A DNA stretch of 36,286 nt from Parasegetibacter sp. (GCA_036562505.1 DATCKB010000402.1:1-36286); one strand, 5' to 3'; counted from the stretch's first letter, positions 1 to 9,581 are shown. Numbers and translations are program-made. The notes: generated by a model not told the origin, from the letters alone.

Positions 1-787
1 ACATATAGTTACTCAGTTCGAGTGCTTTGGGCGCATCATGCATGATGAGAAAATCGTAGTACTGCTGCATAGCACCGGCCGTCCATCCCGAATTTGCAGG
101 GTTATATAAACGTTTTGCCTTTTCGTAAACCAGTATTTTGGTAGAGGGACTTGCAGATCGGTTGGCCAACCAGTATAAAGCTTGTGCGCCGCGTTCAGTG
201 CCGGGGTAACGATCAGGCATGGTGAACATCAGTTCATGATGTTTTACAGAATCAGCATGCTCAAAAGAGCTGGCATAATAAAATGCGTGGTCTGGTGACG
301 AAGGGTCTGCTTCAGTAGCTTTACGAAGGTATTCGCGACCTCCTTCGAAGTCGCCCCATCTTTCTGCATCTATCCATAGCATTTGCCAAGCCTTCCCATT
401 TTTCGGATCGAGCTCTACCACCTTCAGCAGCCAGGGTTTTGCTTCCGGTAATTCACTACTATATAATGCCGTTGCATAAGCTAGGGGAATGGCCACTGCA
501 GTGGGATGTTGCGCGCTCCAGGCCTTGTATTGTGCATCAAGCGCGGGGCTGGCTGCACCTACGGCTTTAATGTAGTCAGCGTGTGCTTTGGAATTCAATA
601 AATCATTCTCCACAGCTTTCTTTAACCGGGCTATTTCTTCGGGATCAGTAACAGTGGGTTTCCCACCCATTTGTGCATGTAGTACTACAGGTGCACAAAG
701 CAAGACTATTATGCCGGTTATAACTGCTGCGAAGGCAATTAATTTCTTAGCCGAATTAACCATTTTTTTACCTGGCCGGAATACCAT
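1..787 (-). CDS. Secreted TPR-like helical-repeat protein downstream of SusD; 3' end cut by the window edge (possibly a TPR + TlpA/redoxin protein)
   Basis: Not in the ORF track because its stop lies outside the window. Manual translation from ATG 787 (alternative in-frame ATG 763) is open to the edge: MVFRPGKKMVNSAKKLIAFAAVITGIIVLLCAPVVLHAQ (signal-peptide-like) ... AKPWLLKVVELDPKNGKAWQMLW ... GREYLRKATEADPSSPDHAFYYA (TPR-like). The redoxin domain is inferred only and is not visible here. Confidence 0.75.
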   Translation of the reverse strand, partial: MVFRPGKKMVNSAKKLIAFAAVITGIIVLLCAPVVLHAQMGGKPTVTDPEEIARLKKAVENDLLNSKAHADYIKAVGAASPALDAQYKAWSAQHPTAVAIPLAYATALYSSELPEAKPWLLKVVELDPKNGKAWQMLWIDAERWGDFEGGREYLRKATEADPSSPDHAFYYASSFEHADSVKHHELMFTMPDRYPGTERGAQALYWLANRSASPSTKILVYEKAKRLYNPANSGWTAGAMQQYYDFLIMHDAPKALELSNYM

Positions 788-809
788 TTTAAAATTTTTA
801 GATGGAACA

Positions 810-846
810 AAAATGTCTGACAGTTTTAGATGCTGTCAGACATTTT
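810..846 (-). terminator. Intrinsic terminator or stabilising hairpin after susD
   Basis: Perfect 14-bp inverted repeat AAAATGTCTGACAG (810-823) / CTGTCAGACATTTT (833-846) with a 9-nt loop, ending in a T-run on the minus strand. Confidence 0.7.
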
Positions 847-870
847 GTATTTCAACAGAAACTTACATGT

Positions 871-2352
871 TTAGTCGTACTGGTTTTGCTGAATCGCACC
901 ATTACTTGCACCTATATCTACACCGTTGATTGGAACGGCATATCTTTTACTACCTACCGGTAGTGTATAAGTCATCGGTGTATTCAGGTCAACCACGTTA
1001 TTCTCGATTTTATAGAATTCGCGGGTGATAGTTACATCATCACCGGGGTAATCATTTACGCTGAAACGACGGATATCCAGCCAGCGGAAAGCAAATGGCA
1101 TTTCTCTTCTTCTTTCCTGCAGAACTTTGGTAATTGCTTCGTCTTTATTTGCAGCGGTAAGGTTGGTAGGAGTAGTGAATCTTTGGGCTCTCAACTCGTT
1201 AACTGCCTGCATTGCTTCAGCTGGTTTGTTCAGACGTGCCAGTGCTTCAGCCTTATTAAGCAGCATCTCTGCTCTTGTTAAACCTGAAGGCAGGAAACGT
1301 CCGTCGTTAAATATTGTATAACGGAACATTTCAGGAGTAACAACAGAGAATCTTCTTCCCCCATTTTCAACGAACCACCATTTGTAACGAAGGTCATTTT
1401 GTCCTTCGTACAAGGACCGCAGATTAGCACTGGGCACATACCATTGAGTAGCTATGTATGTGAACACAGGGTAGTAAAACTCAGGCCAGAACAGGAACTG
1501 AGAGGCTGCCCAAGAATATTGCTCAGGAACTTCTACAGTTGCGGCAGGGTTGGTATAGTTAATTGGTGCTCCTGCAACGATGGTTTTGTAATCCATCAGC
1601 TTAACTGTTGTAGATCCCAGAGCGGAATTAGCATGATCCAAAGCTTTCTGATAATCCCCCGTGAACAGGTAATAACGGCTCAGCATAGCATCTACCGTTT
1701 TTTTGGTCACTCTCCATGGATACAACATATTAACATCTGTACGAGTCACTTTCATAGCCTCGTTCAGGTCCTCGAGGATAAAGTCATATACTTCTTTCAA
1801 TGTGCCTCTTTCGAGCGACTCTTCTGCACTGCTGGAACGTTTGATTGGAAGTCCCATTGAATTCAGATTAGCTTCGCTGTATGGTTGGCAATAATAGTTA
1901 GCCAACACCCAGTGAGAGTAAGCTCTTCTGAAATGTGCATCAGCCTTAACAAGAGCTTTTTCTTCTGCAGAACCGGTTACATTATCCAGGTTGTCAAGGA
2001 TAGTGTTCGCAACCAGAATTTTTCTCCACTCCGCAGTCCACAGGGCGTCTGATGCTGCAGCAACGATTTCATCTACTTTCCAGACATAGAAATTCAGATA
2101 AGTAACGTTAAAACGTGCCGAATTCGGAGCATATTCTTCTCTGGTGATTTCGGTATCATCAGTTGAATATCCTGCAGTATAGTTGGTTTCCTGATAGTGG
2201 GCAGCGACGCCGGCATTATCCACTAAGGCCTGCAACTGTTCCACCGTTTTTATAGATGTTTGTTTCACTGGCTCCTCACTCAGGAAGGTTTTACAACCAA
2301 ATCCTGCCAGTAAAATCAATGAAAATGAAAATTTAGATATAGTCGATTTCAT
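871..2352 (-). CDS. RagB/SusD family outer-membrane lipoprotein
   Basis: Lipoprotein signal ending LAGFGC (Cys20). SusD motifs ADAHFRRAYSHWVL, EMLLNKAEALARL, ERRREMPF and RWLDIRR. Lies directly after SusC. Confidence 0.93.
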   Translation of the reverse strand: MKSTISKFSFSLILLAGFGCKTFLSEEPVKQTSIKTVEQLQALVDNAGVAAHYQETNYTAGYSTDDTEITREEYAPNSARFNVTYLNFYVWKVDEIVAAASDALWTAEWRKILVANTILDNLDNVTGSAEEKALVKADAHFRRAYSHWVLANYYCQPYSEANLNSMGLPIKRSSSAEESLERGTLKEVYDFILEDLNEAMKVTRTDVNMLYPWRVTKKTVDAMLSRYYLFTGDYQKALDHANSALGSTTVKLMDYKTIVAGAPINYTNPAATVEVPEQYSWAASQFLFWPEFYYPVFTYIATQWYVPSANLRSLYEGQNDLRYKWWFVENGGRRFSVVTPEMFRYTIFNDGRFLPSGLTRAEMLLNKAEALARLNKPAEAMQAVNELRAQRFTTPTNLTAANKDEAITKVLQERRREMPFAFRWLDIRRFSVNDYPGDDVTITREFYKIENNVVDLNTPMTYTLPVGSKRYAVPINGVDIGASNGAIQQNQYD

Positions 2353-2364
2353 AATGCTCAGAAT

Positions 2365-5300
2365 TTAGAATTGAAGGTTTACACCAAAAGTATAGGTAGT
2401 CACAGGTCTGTTAGAGCCAGGCAGCCATTCTGGGTGGAACCCTCTGCTGTTAGCTTTGTACAATAGTCCCAGATCTCTCACCTGTGCGTACAGCTTAATG
2501 TTGCTGAAGCTTGCTTTTGCTGCGATATTTTTCGGCAGATTATATTCAAGATCTATTTCTTTAAGATCAAGGAATGATGAACTTTCTACCAGAGCATCGA
2601 GATATGGAGTATATCTGTCCCACAAGTACGACTGAGTTTCGTTTGGTTTAGGGAAATCAGGCAGACCAGGATTTCCGGCAAACACGTCAGCTACGAAACG
2701 GTCAACAGATGTTTTGGAAGAACCTACAGTGGTGGCATAGTTGAATGTTGGAGCTCTGAATAAACCACCGAATGTACCTACAACCACTACCATCATGTTG
2801 AAGTTCTTGTATTTGAAGTTGTTGATCCATCCTAATGTATGAGGAGGAATTTCAGTTCCCTCATAGTTAAGGAAAGGCAGACCCAGACCCTGGTTATGCA
2901 GAGCTACGTTGTTAAACGGATTCTCTGTTTTATTCGGACCTTCAACATAAGGTATTCCGTCTTTCATACCCAGATAAGTATAGGAGAAAACAGGTCTTAC
3001 AGGATATCCTTCCACATTTCTTCCGCCCAGGAGGTCGTATGCGTATACAGCCGGGTAGTACAGACTGGTAACTTTGTTTTTGTTGTAAGCGTAGTTAACT
3101 GAAACATTATAGGAGAGTGACTTGGTAATATTGAAGTTAGTTCCAAGTTCCAGTTCAAATCCGCGATTATAAATCTTTGCGTTGTTGATGGTAGCAGATG
3201 CTGCACCAATTACTGATGGTCTTGATACCGTACCCAAAATGTCTTTACCCAGTTTGTTGTAGATATCTAATTTACCGAAGAGTTTATCTCTGAATAAAGA
3301 GAAGTCAATACCAAAGTTGGTTGTATAGGTTTTTTCCCAACGAAGTAACGGGTTTCCTATATTACCTAAACTTGCAGTGATGGTACCTGTAGTTGTACTT
3401 GGAGTTGTACTTACTGTAACCAGTGTTTCAGTAGAAGTACTACCTACGTTAGCGAGACCAACAGAACCATAGGTTAATCTTGCATTCAAACGATTAATCC
3501 AAACAACATTCTGCATGAAATCTTCGCGTATTACGTTCCACATAGCACCAACTGACCACATTGGAGTCCATCTTAACTTAGGATTCTTTGTAATAAAGTT
3601 AGATGCGTCACTTCTTACACTTCCGGAAACTGTGTACTTACCATCCAGTGTGTAGGCAGCATTTCCATAAAAGGAAACGAACTTCTGCTTACCCCAGCCA
3701 AAGCTGGTGTTTCCGCCCGGCAGAGTAGCATTTGTGGTCATAGACCTGAAGGTTCTCAATTGATCCTGAGTGCTTCCGTATCCGTAAGGTGGAACAGTAG
3801 ATTGGAGTTTATCAGGGAAATAACCGTATACAGTTGGGTTAGTTTGAGAGGTGGTTAACAAATCTCTCATTTCACTACCCGCAATAAACACTATCTGATG
3901 TCTTTGACCAAATTGTCTGTCGAAATTCATCTGGCCTCTGATAGTCAAGCCCTGATAGTTTGACTCACTGGTACGGAGAATACCACCTTTTGGTAAAAAT
4001 ACTCTGCCGATTTCCTGAGTCTGATCGTTGTACTCCAGGTATGTGTTGACGGTATTTCTTACTTCGTAAGTTTCCTCGTTGTAGTAGTTTCTGTTGTTTG
4101 TTTTAGCTTTTTCGTACTGAACTTTTCCGTCGATTGAGAAACCTTTGAACAGGTTCAAAGTGATTCCACCCTGAAGACGAACAGCAATTTCTTCGCTGGT
4201 TAATTCACGACCTCTTACTTCTCTGAGCAGGTTGTATTCCCAATCGGGGTAAGGGAAATTCTGAAGAGGAAGTTTGCTCATCTCAAATCTGTTATAGCCA
4301 CGCAGGTTGGTTGCATAGCTTCCATCTTCGTTCAGCAGTAATTCGTACGGAGACAAACCCTGCAACTCACCAACTTCTGCGCCACTGGTTTCTCTTTTTC
4401 TGTAGAGGACATTAGTTCCGAAGCTAACAGTCATGAAATTGGTGGCAGTGAAAATATTGTTGAAGTTCAGGTTAACCCTGTCGTAACCTCTTTTAATAAA
4501 TCCTTCTTTATTGTTTTCATACAAGATAGAGGCGGAAGTTTTGGTTCTGTCGGTCGCCCCTGAAAAGCTCAGGTTAGCCTGATTCAATACTGCTCTTCTC
4601 ATCAGGAAATTACGGAACTGAGAACGGTTATCTATTTTGCTCAGTCTGTCGAGTTCAGCGTTCAATTCGGCAGTAGTAATCAAACCATTTTTATGGTCCA
4701 TCAGGAATTCCTGAGCAAGTGTAAGTGGTTTACCGATTTCGGAGAATCCACCAGCATAGGGGCTGAACAACCAGTTTCTTTCATAACCCAGACGTTCATA
4801 AGCTACATGATCGGGTGATTTAGCCTGCAGCATAACCTGATCCAGATCGATCATATTGGATACTCTGGTAAAACCGCGGAATTCGACCTTGGTTCTGCCT
4901 ACTTTGGGCACCTTGGTAGTGATTACAATTACACCGGCCGCCCCCTGAGCACCCCACACAGAAAGTGCTGCGGCATCTTTCAGTACAGTGATTGACTCGA
5001 TATCGTTAGGGTTAATATCGGAAAAGTTTGTTCTGTTTACTCTGAAGCCATCCACTACTACAATAGGTTGGTTACTACCACTCAGAGATGAAGAACCTCT
5101 CAACAGGAAGGTTACACTTCCATCCAGGTTTTCGTTTGCCTGTAAACCGGCAACCATACCCTGTAATGCGGTAGAGATGTTGGAAACCGGTCTTTTTTCG
5201 AGAATTTCGGAGCTTACCACATTATAAGCACCTGTTGCTCTCTCACGGGAAATTTTCTGGTATCCTGTGCTACCTTCAACTGTAACAGTGCTCAGTTCAG

Positions 5301-5913
5301 TGATTCCCTGCATAACCACAGAAATATTGGTTCTGTTGTTAACAGGCATGGTAACGGTGGTGAATCCTACATAGCTGAAAATCAGCGTGGCATCACCCGG
5401 CGCATTGATGGTATAATAGCCATCTGCATTGGTGAAAGTTCCACCGCTGGCGTTGCGGATGGTAACGCTCACACCTTCAAGCGGTTCACCATTAACACCG
5501 GTCACGCGACCGGTTATGGTAATGAATTTTTGAATGGTTGATGGATGAGCTATCACAACTAGTTCATTATCAATGAGTTTGAAGTGGAGGCCTGTTTTGT
5601 TAAGTACATGGCTTAACACTTCAGACACCGGAGTAGAAGTTACATCCAGACTCACTGTGTAGTTGGTCGGCAGCACATCATTGCTATACACGAAACGGTA
5701 GTCGGTTTTCTTTTCGATGATTTTCAATAACGACGAAATCGACGCATGCTTCATCTTAAGAGTCACCTTTGCCTCCTGGGAAAACCCGGGATTCGCCGAT
5801 ACCTGCATACAGGTCAACAGCATAAAAAATACGGTTAGTTTCATAAACAGAAACGCTTTGGTGATAGTCATGGGAGATCCTTTCCCCCATTGTAGCAGTA
5901 GTTTTTTTTCCAT
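2365..5913 (-). CDS. SusC/RagA family TonB-dependent transducer with N-terminal STN signalling domain
   Basis: 1182 aa. Extended signal peptide, STN-like segment (IEKKTDYRFVY), CarboxypepD_reg-like domain (ITGRVTG...PLEGVSV...LIFSYVGF), plug motif INPNDIESITVLKDAAA...GVIVITTK, LRWEKT, and C-terminal Phe. Confidence 0.95.
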   Translation of the reverse strand: MEKKLLLQWGKGSPMTITKAFLFMKLTVFFMLLTCMQVSANPGFSQEAKVTLKMKHASISSLLKIIEKKTDYRFVYSNDVLPTNYTVSLDVTSTPVSEVLSHVLNKTGLHFKLIDNELVVIAHPSTIQKFITITGRVTGVNGEPLEGVSVTIRNASGGTFTNADGYYTINAPGDATLIFSYVGFTTVTMPVNNRTNISVVMQGITELSTVTVEGSTGYQKISRERATGAYNVVSSEILEKRPVSNISTALQGMVAGLQANENLDGSVTFLLRGSSSLSGSNQPIVVVDGFRVNRTNFSDINPNDIESITVLKDAAALSVWGAQGAAGVIVITTKVPKVGRTKVEFRGFTRVSNMIDLDQVMLQAKSPDHVAYERLGYERNWLFSPYAGGFSEIGKPLTLAQEFLMDHKNGLITTAELNAELDRLSKIDNRSQFRNFLMRRAVLNQANLSFSGATDRTKTSASILYENNKEGFIKRGYDRVNLNFNNIFTATNFMTVSFGTNVLYRKRETSGAEVGELQGLSPYELLLNEDGSYATNLRGYNRFEMSKLPLQNFPYPDWEYNLLREVRGRELTSEEIAVRLQGGITLNLFKGFSIDGKVQYEKAKTNNRNYYNEETYEVRNTVNTYLEYNDQTQEIGRVFLPKGGILRTSESNYQGLTIRGQMNFDRQFGQRHQIVFIAGSEMRDLLTTSQTNPTVYGYFPDKLQSTVPPYGYGSTQDQLRTFRSMTTNATLPGGNTSFGWGKQKFVSFYGNAAYTLDGKYTVSGSVRSDASNFITKNPKLRWTPMWSVGAMWNVIREDFMQNVVWINRLNARLTYGSVGLANVGSTSTETLVTVSTTPSTTTGTITASLGNIGNPLLRWEKTYTTNFGIDFSLFRDKLFGKLDIYNKLGKDILGTVSRPSVIGAASATINNAKIYNRGFELELGTNFNITKSLSYNVSVNYAYNKNKVTSLYYPAVYAYDLLGGRNVEGYPVRPVFSYTYLGMKDGIPYVEGPNKTENPFNNVALHNQGLGLPFLNYEGTEIPPHTLGWINNFKYKNFNMMVVVVGTFGGLFRAPTFNYATTVGSSKTSVDRFVADVFAGNPGLPDFPKPNETQSYLWDRYTPYLDALVESSSFLDLKEIDLEYNLPKNIAAKASFSNIKLYAQVRDLGLLYKANSRGFHPEWLPGSNRPVTTYTFGVNLQF

Positions 5914-5920
5914 ACCTTCG
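5889..5920 (+). promoter_or_regulatory. Candidate antisense Bacteroidota housekeeping promoter overlapping the susC start codon
   Basis: ATTG (5889-5892), 20-nt spacer, TACCTTCG (5913-5920). Each box is one mismatch from the TTTG-N19-21-TAnnTTTG consensus. Confidence 0.55.
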
Positions 5921-5923
5921 TCT

Positions 5924-6027
5924 GGGTTTTAGTTAATACAAAACAAGCAGGGTCCGCAGACCTTGCGGCCCCTGTAACACTGAACCAACCTTCGGGGGGA
6001 ATGCGTCACCATTCCCCCCACTTTTTT
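5924..6027 (+). ncRNA. Candidate cis-antisense sRNA to the susC leader
   Basis: Follows the promoter above. Contains a hairpin at 5948-5974 and a perfect 10-bp stem GGGGGGAATG/CATTCCCCCC (5994-6019), followed by T6 (6022-6027) on the + strand only. Ends are approximate. Confidence 0.5.
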
Positions 6028-6087
6028 CCAAAATATAAATTTCGGAATCAGGCTGCTGGTCACACGTCACTGCTCCAGCAATATATT

Positions 6088-7245
6088 TTATTCTTCCAGA
6101 ATAATCTTTTTATCATTCTCAATCAGGAAGTGGAAGGATCGCGATAATTGCATCGCTTCCAACACCCGTTGAATAGTTTCTTTATCAAATGTTCCGGTAA
6201 ATCGGTACTCTTTAATTTCTTCCGATTTAAACTGAATACTTATATCGTACCAGCGCTCGAGTTTTCTCGCAATATCTTCGAAACGCTCATCGGAAAAGGT
6301 TAATCTGTTATCAATCCACGAAAGCTCCACCACTGAATTATCTTGTGGGATATGCGTCAACGTTGATATTACAAAATCATTTGTTCTGACAGTTTCTTCC
6401 CTTCTTTTTGTATTAACATTTGAAGATTGCAATTTGTTAAGTTGCTTGTCAACTACTACTTTCTCTGTAGGTTTAAGTATCAGAGTGCGGGGTTGCATTC
6501 CCTTTAATAATACTTCCACACTTCCTCTTACCAAAGATGTTTCACAGATATCATCATCAGGATATGCTCTCACGTTGAAGGCAGTTCCCAGCACTTTAAC
6601 ATCCATCTCAATCGTATGAATAATAAAAGGTAACTGAGGATTGTGAACTACATCAAAATAAGCTTCACCCACCAGATGCATTTCGCGGTGGGATTTATTA
6701 AAACCATCAATTAATTTGATTGAACTACCTGCATTGAGATACACGTTAGTACCATCGGGCAACTGAAAACTCTTTTTTTCGCCGGCCTTTGTTAAATATG
6801 TATAAGAAATATCGGAAGGAGTATCTTCCACTACAGAAGTTGGCTTAGCAGCAAGATTCTCCTGGTTTTTTTTACTGCTGTTCAGCCAGAAGGTAAGGAG
6901 CACGACCCCCAGAATAGCTGCTGCGGCTATGCCAGCCCATCGTATTCCGGTGTGCATTTGCTTCACCATTGCCTGCCCTCCGGTAAACGGTGAACTTACC
7001 GGAATATCATTGGCCTGAATGGCTTCATTAAAGGCCCGCTGGTGGTTTAAGAAAGTCCGGGCGTCGAGATTACCGTTGAGATTAAGATAAAAATTTTTAG
7101 CCAGGTTAAGCAATTCAGCTTTTTCAGGATGTGCAATAAGCCATTGCTTCCAGAAAGCCTCGGCTTCGGGATCATTTCCGATACAATATGCCTGGAACGA
7201 CTCATCCATGATGAAATCTTCCAACTCAAAATTCTCGTAATTCAT
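6088..7245 (-). CDS. FecR family anti-sigma factor
   Basis: Bacteroidota-type N-terminus (EDFIMDESFQAY...FWKQWL), a single TM helix, FecR motifs LPDGTNVYLNAGS, LVGEAYFDV and VKVLGTAFNV, and C-terminal LERWYD. Confidence 0.93.
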   Translation of the reverse strand: MNYENFELEDFIMDESFQAYCIGNDPEAEAFWKQWLIAHPEKAELLNLAKNFYLNLNGNLDARTFLNHQRAFNEAIQANDIPVSSPFTGGQAMVKQMHTGIRWAGIAAAAILGVVLLTFWLNSSKKNQENLAAKPTSVVEDTPSDISYTYLTKAGEKKSFQLPDGTNVYLNAGSSIKLIDGFNKSHREMHLVGEAYFDVVHNPQLPFIIHTIEMDVKVLGTAFNVRAYPDDDICETSLVRGSVEVLLKGMQPRTLILKPTEKVVVDKQLNKLQSSNVNTKRREETVRTNDFVISTLTHIPQDNSVVELSWIDNRLTFSDERFEDIARKLERWYDISIQFKSEEIKEYRFTGTFDKETIQRVLEAMQLSRSFHFLIENDKKIILEE

Positions 7246-7335
7246 CCGGCACTTTTTATATAGAGTGAAGAGGTTACCTGTTTTTACTATGAAAATTGTA
7301 AAAAAATCTGAAAAAAGTTTCGGGGGGAAAACGGC

Positions 7336-7971
7336 TCATCCGTGCAGGGGAAGAAATACCGATATTAATAAAATCATTAATAACTCTCCAGACGATGGGC
7401 TTTGATGAAAATCAGCACCTTTCAGTTCATTTTTCAGTATTTTAAGTGCGTCATGAATGATATTATAGGCTGTTCTCTTCGTAATCGCACACTTTATCGC
7501 AATACTATCATAATCCATATCTTCAAAAAACTTCAATCTGAGTAGCTCCTTCTGCCGTTCGGTCAGTTTTTTAAAGGCCTTGAGAAATATCTGGTTAAAC
7601 TCACGGTTTTCTTCGTTTTTCAGCAGAATATCTTCGCAAGACATCTCATTCTGTTCCTGTATTTCCAGTAATTCCTCAGTCTGCTCTTCCCGTTTTCTGT
7701 CGCTTTTGATTTCTAAAATAATACGACGATACAGGCTGGTTATCAGATAAGCCCTGACATTCTTTACTTCAGGCAATGTTGAACGCTTATTCCAAAGGTC
7801 TATTAATACAGATATTATAGAATCATTTACTTTGTCTCGGTCCTGAATTAATCTGAAACCATAATTCATTAATCCCACATAATGAATTCTGTAAAGCGCG
7901 GAAAGCGCTTCGGATTTTCCCTCCCTAAGTTGATTCCAGTGCTCATTTATATTTGGTGTGACCTCAGACAT
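7336..7971 (-). CDS. ECF-type RNA polymerase sigma factor
   Basis: Region 2 (ALSALYRIHY...VRAYLITSLYR) and region 4 (LTERQKELLRLKFFEDMDYDSIA...TAYNIIHDALKILK). Adjacent to fecR and susC. Confidence 0.9.
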   Translation of the reverse strand: MSEVTPNINEHWNQLREGKSEALSALYRIHYVGLMNYGFRLIQDRDKVNDSIISVLIDLWNKRSTLPEVKNVRAYLITSLYRRIILEIKSDRKREEQTEELLEIQEQNEMSCEDILLKNEENREFNQIFLKAFKKLTERQKELLRLKFFEDMDYDSIAIKCAITKRTAYNIIHDALKILKNELKGADFHQSPSSGELLMILLISVFLPLHG

Positions 7972-7976
7972 TTCGC

Positions 7977-7984
7977 CAAAGTTA
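7977..7984 (-). promoter_or_regulatory. -7 promoter box for the ECF sigma gene
   Basis: TAACTTTG on the minus strand, ending 5 nt before the ATG at 7971. Confidence 0.55.
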
Positions 7985-8032
7985 ACGTTTGCGAGGATAA
8001 ATCTCTCAACCTGCGTTTTTGAATTTAGTTGC

Positions 8033-8040
8033 TACCTTTG
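8033..8040 (+). promoter_or_regulatory. -7 promoter box for fumC
   Basis: TACCTTTG(C) lies 18 nt upstream of ATG 8059. No well-spaced -33 box was found. Confidence 0.6.
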
Positions 8041-8058
8041 CGCCCTAAAGCAAATCAA

Positions 8059-9459
8059 ATGGAATTCAGGATAGAAAAAGACACGATGGGGGAGGTTAAA
8101 GTTCCCTCCGGTGCTTATTTTGGAGCACAAACTCAAAGATCGATAGATAATTTCAAGATAGCTACTGATATCAACCGGATGCCCAAAGAGATTATCCGGG
8201 CATTTGCCTACCTAAAGAAGGCAGCTGCGCTGGCCAACCTCGATGCCGGTGTTCTTCCAAAAGAGAAGGCTGAGCTGATCGGAAAAGTGTGCGATGAAAT
8301 TCTGGACGGAAAGCTCGACAATGAGTTTCCGCTGGTCGTTTGGCAAACCGGAAGCGGTACCCAAAGTAATATGAACGTAAACGAGGTAGTGGCTTACCGT
8401 GCTCACGTGCTTAACGGCGGCAGTCTAACTGATAAAGACAAGGTATTGCATCCCAATGATGATGTGAATAAATCACAATCGTCTAACGACACATTCCCAA
8501 CTGCAATGCATATTGCGGCATACAAAATTCTGGTAGAGACAACCATTCCGGGAATTGAGCAGCTGAGAGATACACTCGCGCAGAAAAGCCAGGAATTCAT
8601 GAAAGTGGTTAAAATCGGCCGTACACATTTTATGGATGCTACACCGTTGACACTGGGACAGGAATTCAGCGGATATGTATCTCAGCTCAACCACGGATTA
8701 AAGGCACTGAGAAATACTTTAGATCACCTGAGCGAGTTAGCACTTGGCGGAACTGCAGTGGGCACTGGAATTAATACTCCTGAGGGATATGCTGAAAATG
8801 TTGCCCGTCATATTGCTAACCTGACCGGACTGCCATTCCGTACTGCTGAAAATAAATTCGAGGCACTTGCAGCCCACGATGCAATAGTTGAAGCCCACGG
8901 TGCTTTGAAAACCATTGCTGTGTCTCTAATGAAGATTGCCAATGATATCCGCATGCTTTCTTCAGGTCCTCGTTGTGGCATCGGCGAGATTTTTATTCCC
9001 GACAATGAACCGGGTTCTTCGATTATGCCGGGTAAAGTTAACCCCACTCAATGTGAAGCATTGACTATGATTGCCGCTCAGGTTCTCGGTAACGACGTGG
9101 CTATCAATGTGGGCGGTTCAAACGGACATTTTGAACTGAATGTTTACAAACCCATGATGATTTATAACTTTCTGCATAGCGCCCGCCTGATCGGAGACGG
9201 ATGTGTATCCTTTAACGAAAAATGTGCAGTGGGTATCAAACCCATTCCTGAAAATATTGAAAAGCACCTTAATAATTCTCTGATGCTGGTAACTGCTCTT
9301 AATACAAAAATCGGCTACTACAAGGCAGCAGAAATTGCTCAGACCGCTCACAGAGAAGGAGCTACGCTGAAGGAAACCGCAATTAAATTAGGATATCTTA
9401 CCGCTGAAGAATTTGATCAGTGGGTGGTTCCTGCTGATATGGTAGGAAAAATAGACTAA
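8059..9459 (+). CDS. fumC: Class II fumarate hydratase
   Basis: [13 protein letters not shown] start; motifs [31 protein letters not shown] and signature [10 protein letters not shown]. Start placed at ATG 8059 rather than TTG 8029, which overlaps the promoter box. Confidence 0.97.
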   Translation: MEFRIEKDTMGEVKVPSGAYFGAQTQRSIDNFKIATDINRMPKEIIRAFAYLKKAAALANLDAGVLPKEKAELIGKVCDEILDGKLDNEFPLVVWQTGSGTQSNMNVNEVVAYRAHVLNGGSLTDKDKVLHPNDDVNKSQSSNDTFPTAMHIAAYKILVETTIPGIEQLRDTLAQKSQEFMKVVKIGRTHFMDATPLTLGQEFSGYVSQLNHGLKALRNTLDHLSELALGGTAVGTGINTPEGYAENVARHIANLTGLPFRTAENKFEALAAHDAIVEAHGALKTIAVSLMKIANDIRMLSSGPRCGIGEIFIPDNEPGSSIMPGKVNPTQCEALTMIAAQVLGNDVAINVGGSNGHFELNVYKPMMIYNFLHSARLIGDGCVSFNEKCAVGIKPIPENIEKHLNNSLMLVTALNTKIGYYKAAEIAQTAHREGATLKETAIKLGYLTAEEFDQWVVPADMVGKID

Positions 9460-9541
9460 ATGATTCAGAAAACTCTCTGGTTGAAACGGTGATTCTTCGC
9501 GTTTAAACCCGAGAAAATCCGAAAATAATTTACGCTTCTTC

Positions 9542-9577
9542 AACCTGCCGGCAACGCGTGCGTTTGTCGGCCAGGTT
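9542..9577. terminator. Imperfect hairpin between the convergent fumC and lipoprotein genes
   Basis: AACCTG-CCGGCAA-CGC...GCG-T-TTGTCGG-C-CAGGTT stem with bulges; the T tracts are weak. Confidence 0.4.
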
Positions 9578-9581
9578 TATT

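Noticed and set aside
588-929. 113-aa + strand ORF
   Set aside because: It is antisense to the TPR gene and the susD end, runs through the hairpin, and has no recognisable motifs.
5902-5909. A8 run in the first susC codons as a phase-variation tract
   Set aside because: It is short and explained by the GAA AAA AAA codons in an AT-rich genome; the frame is intact.
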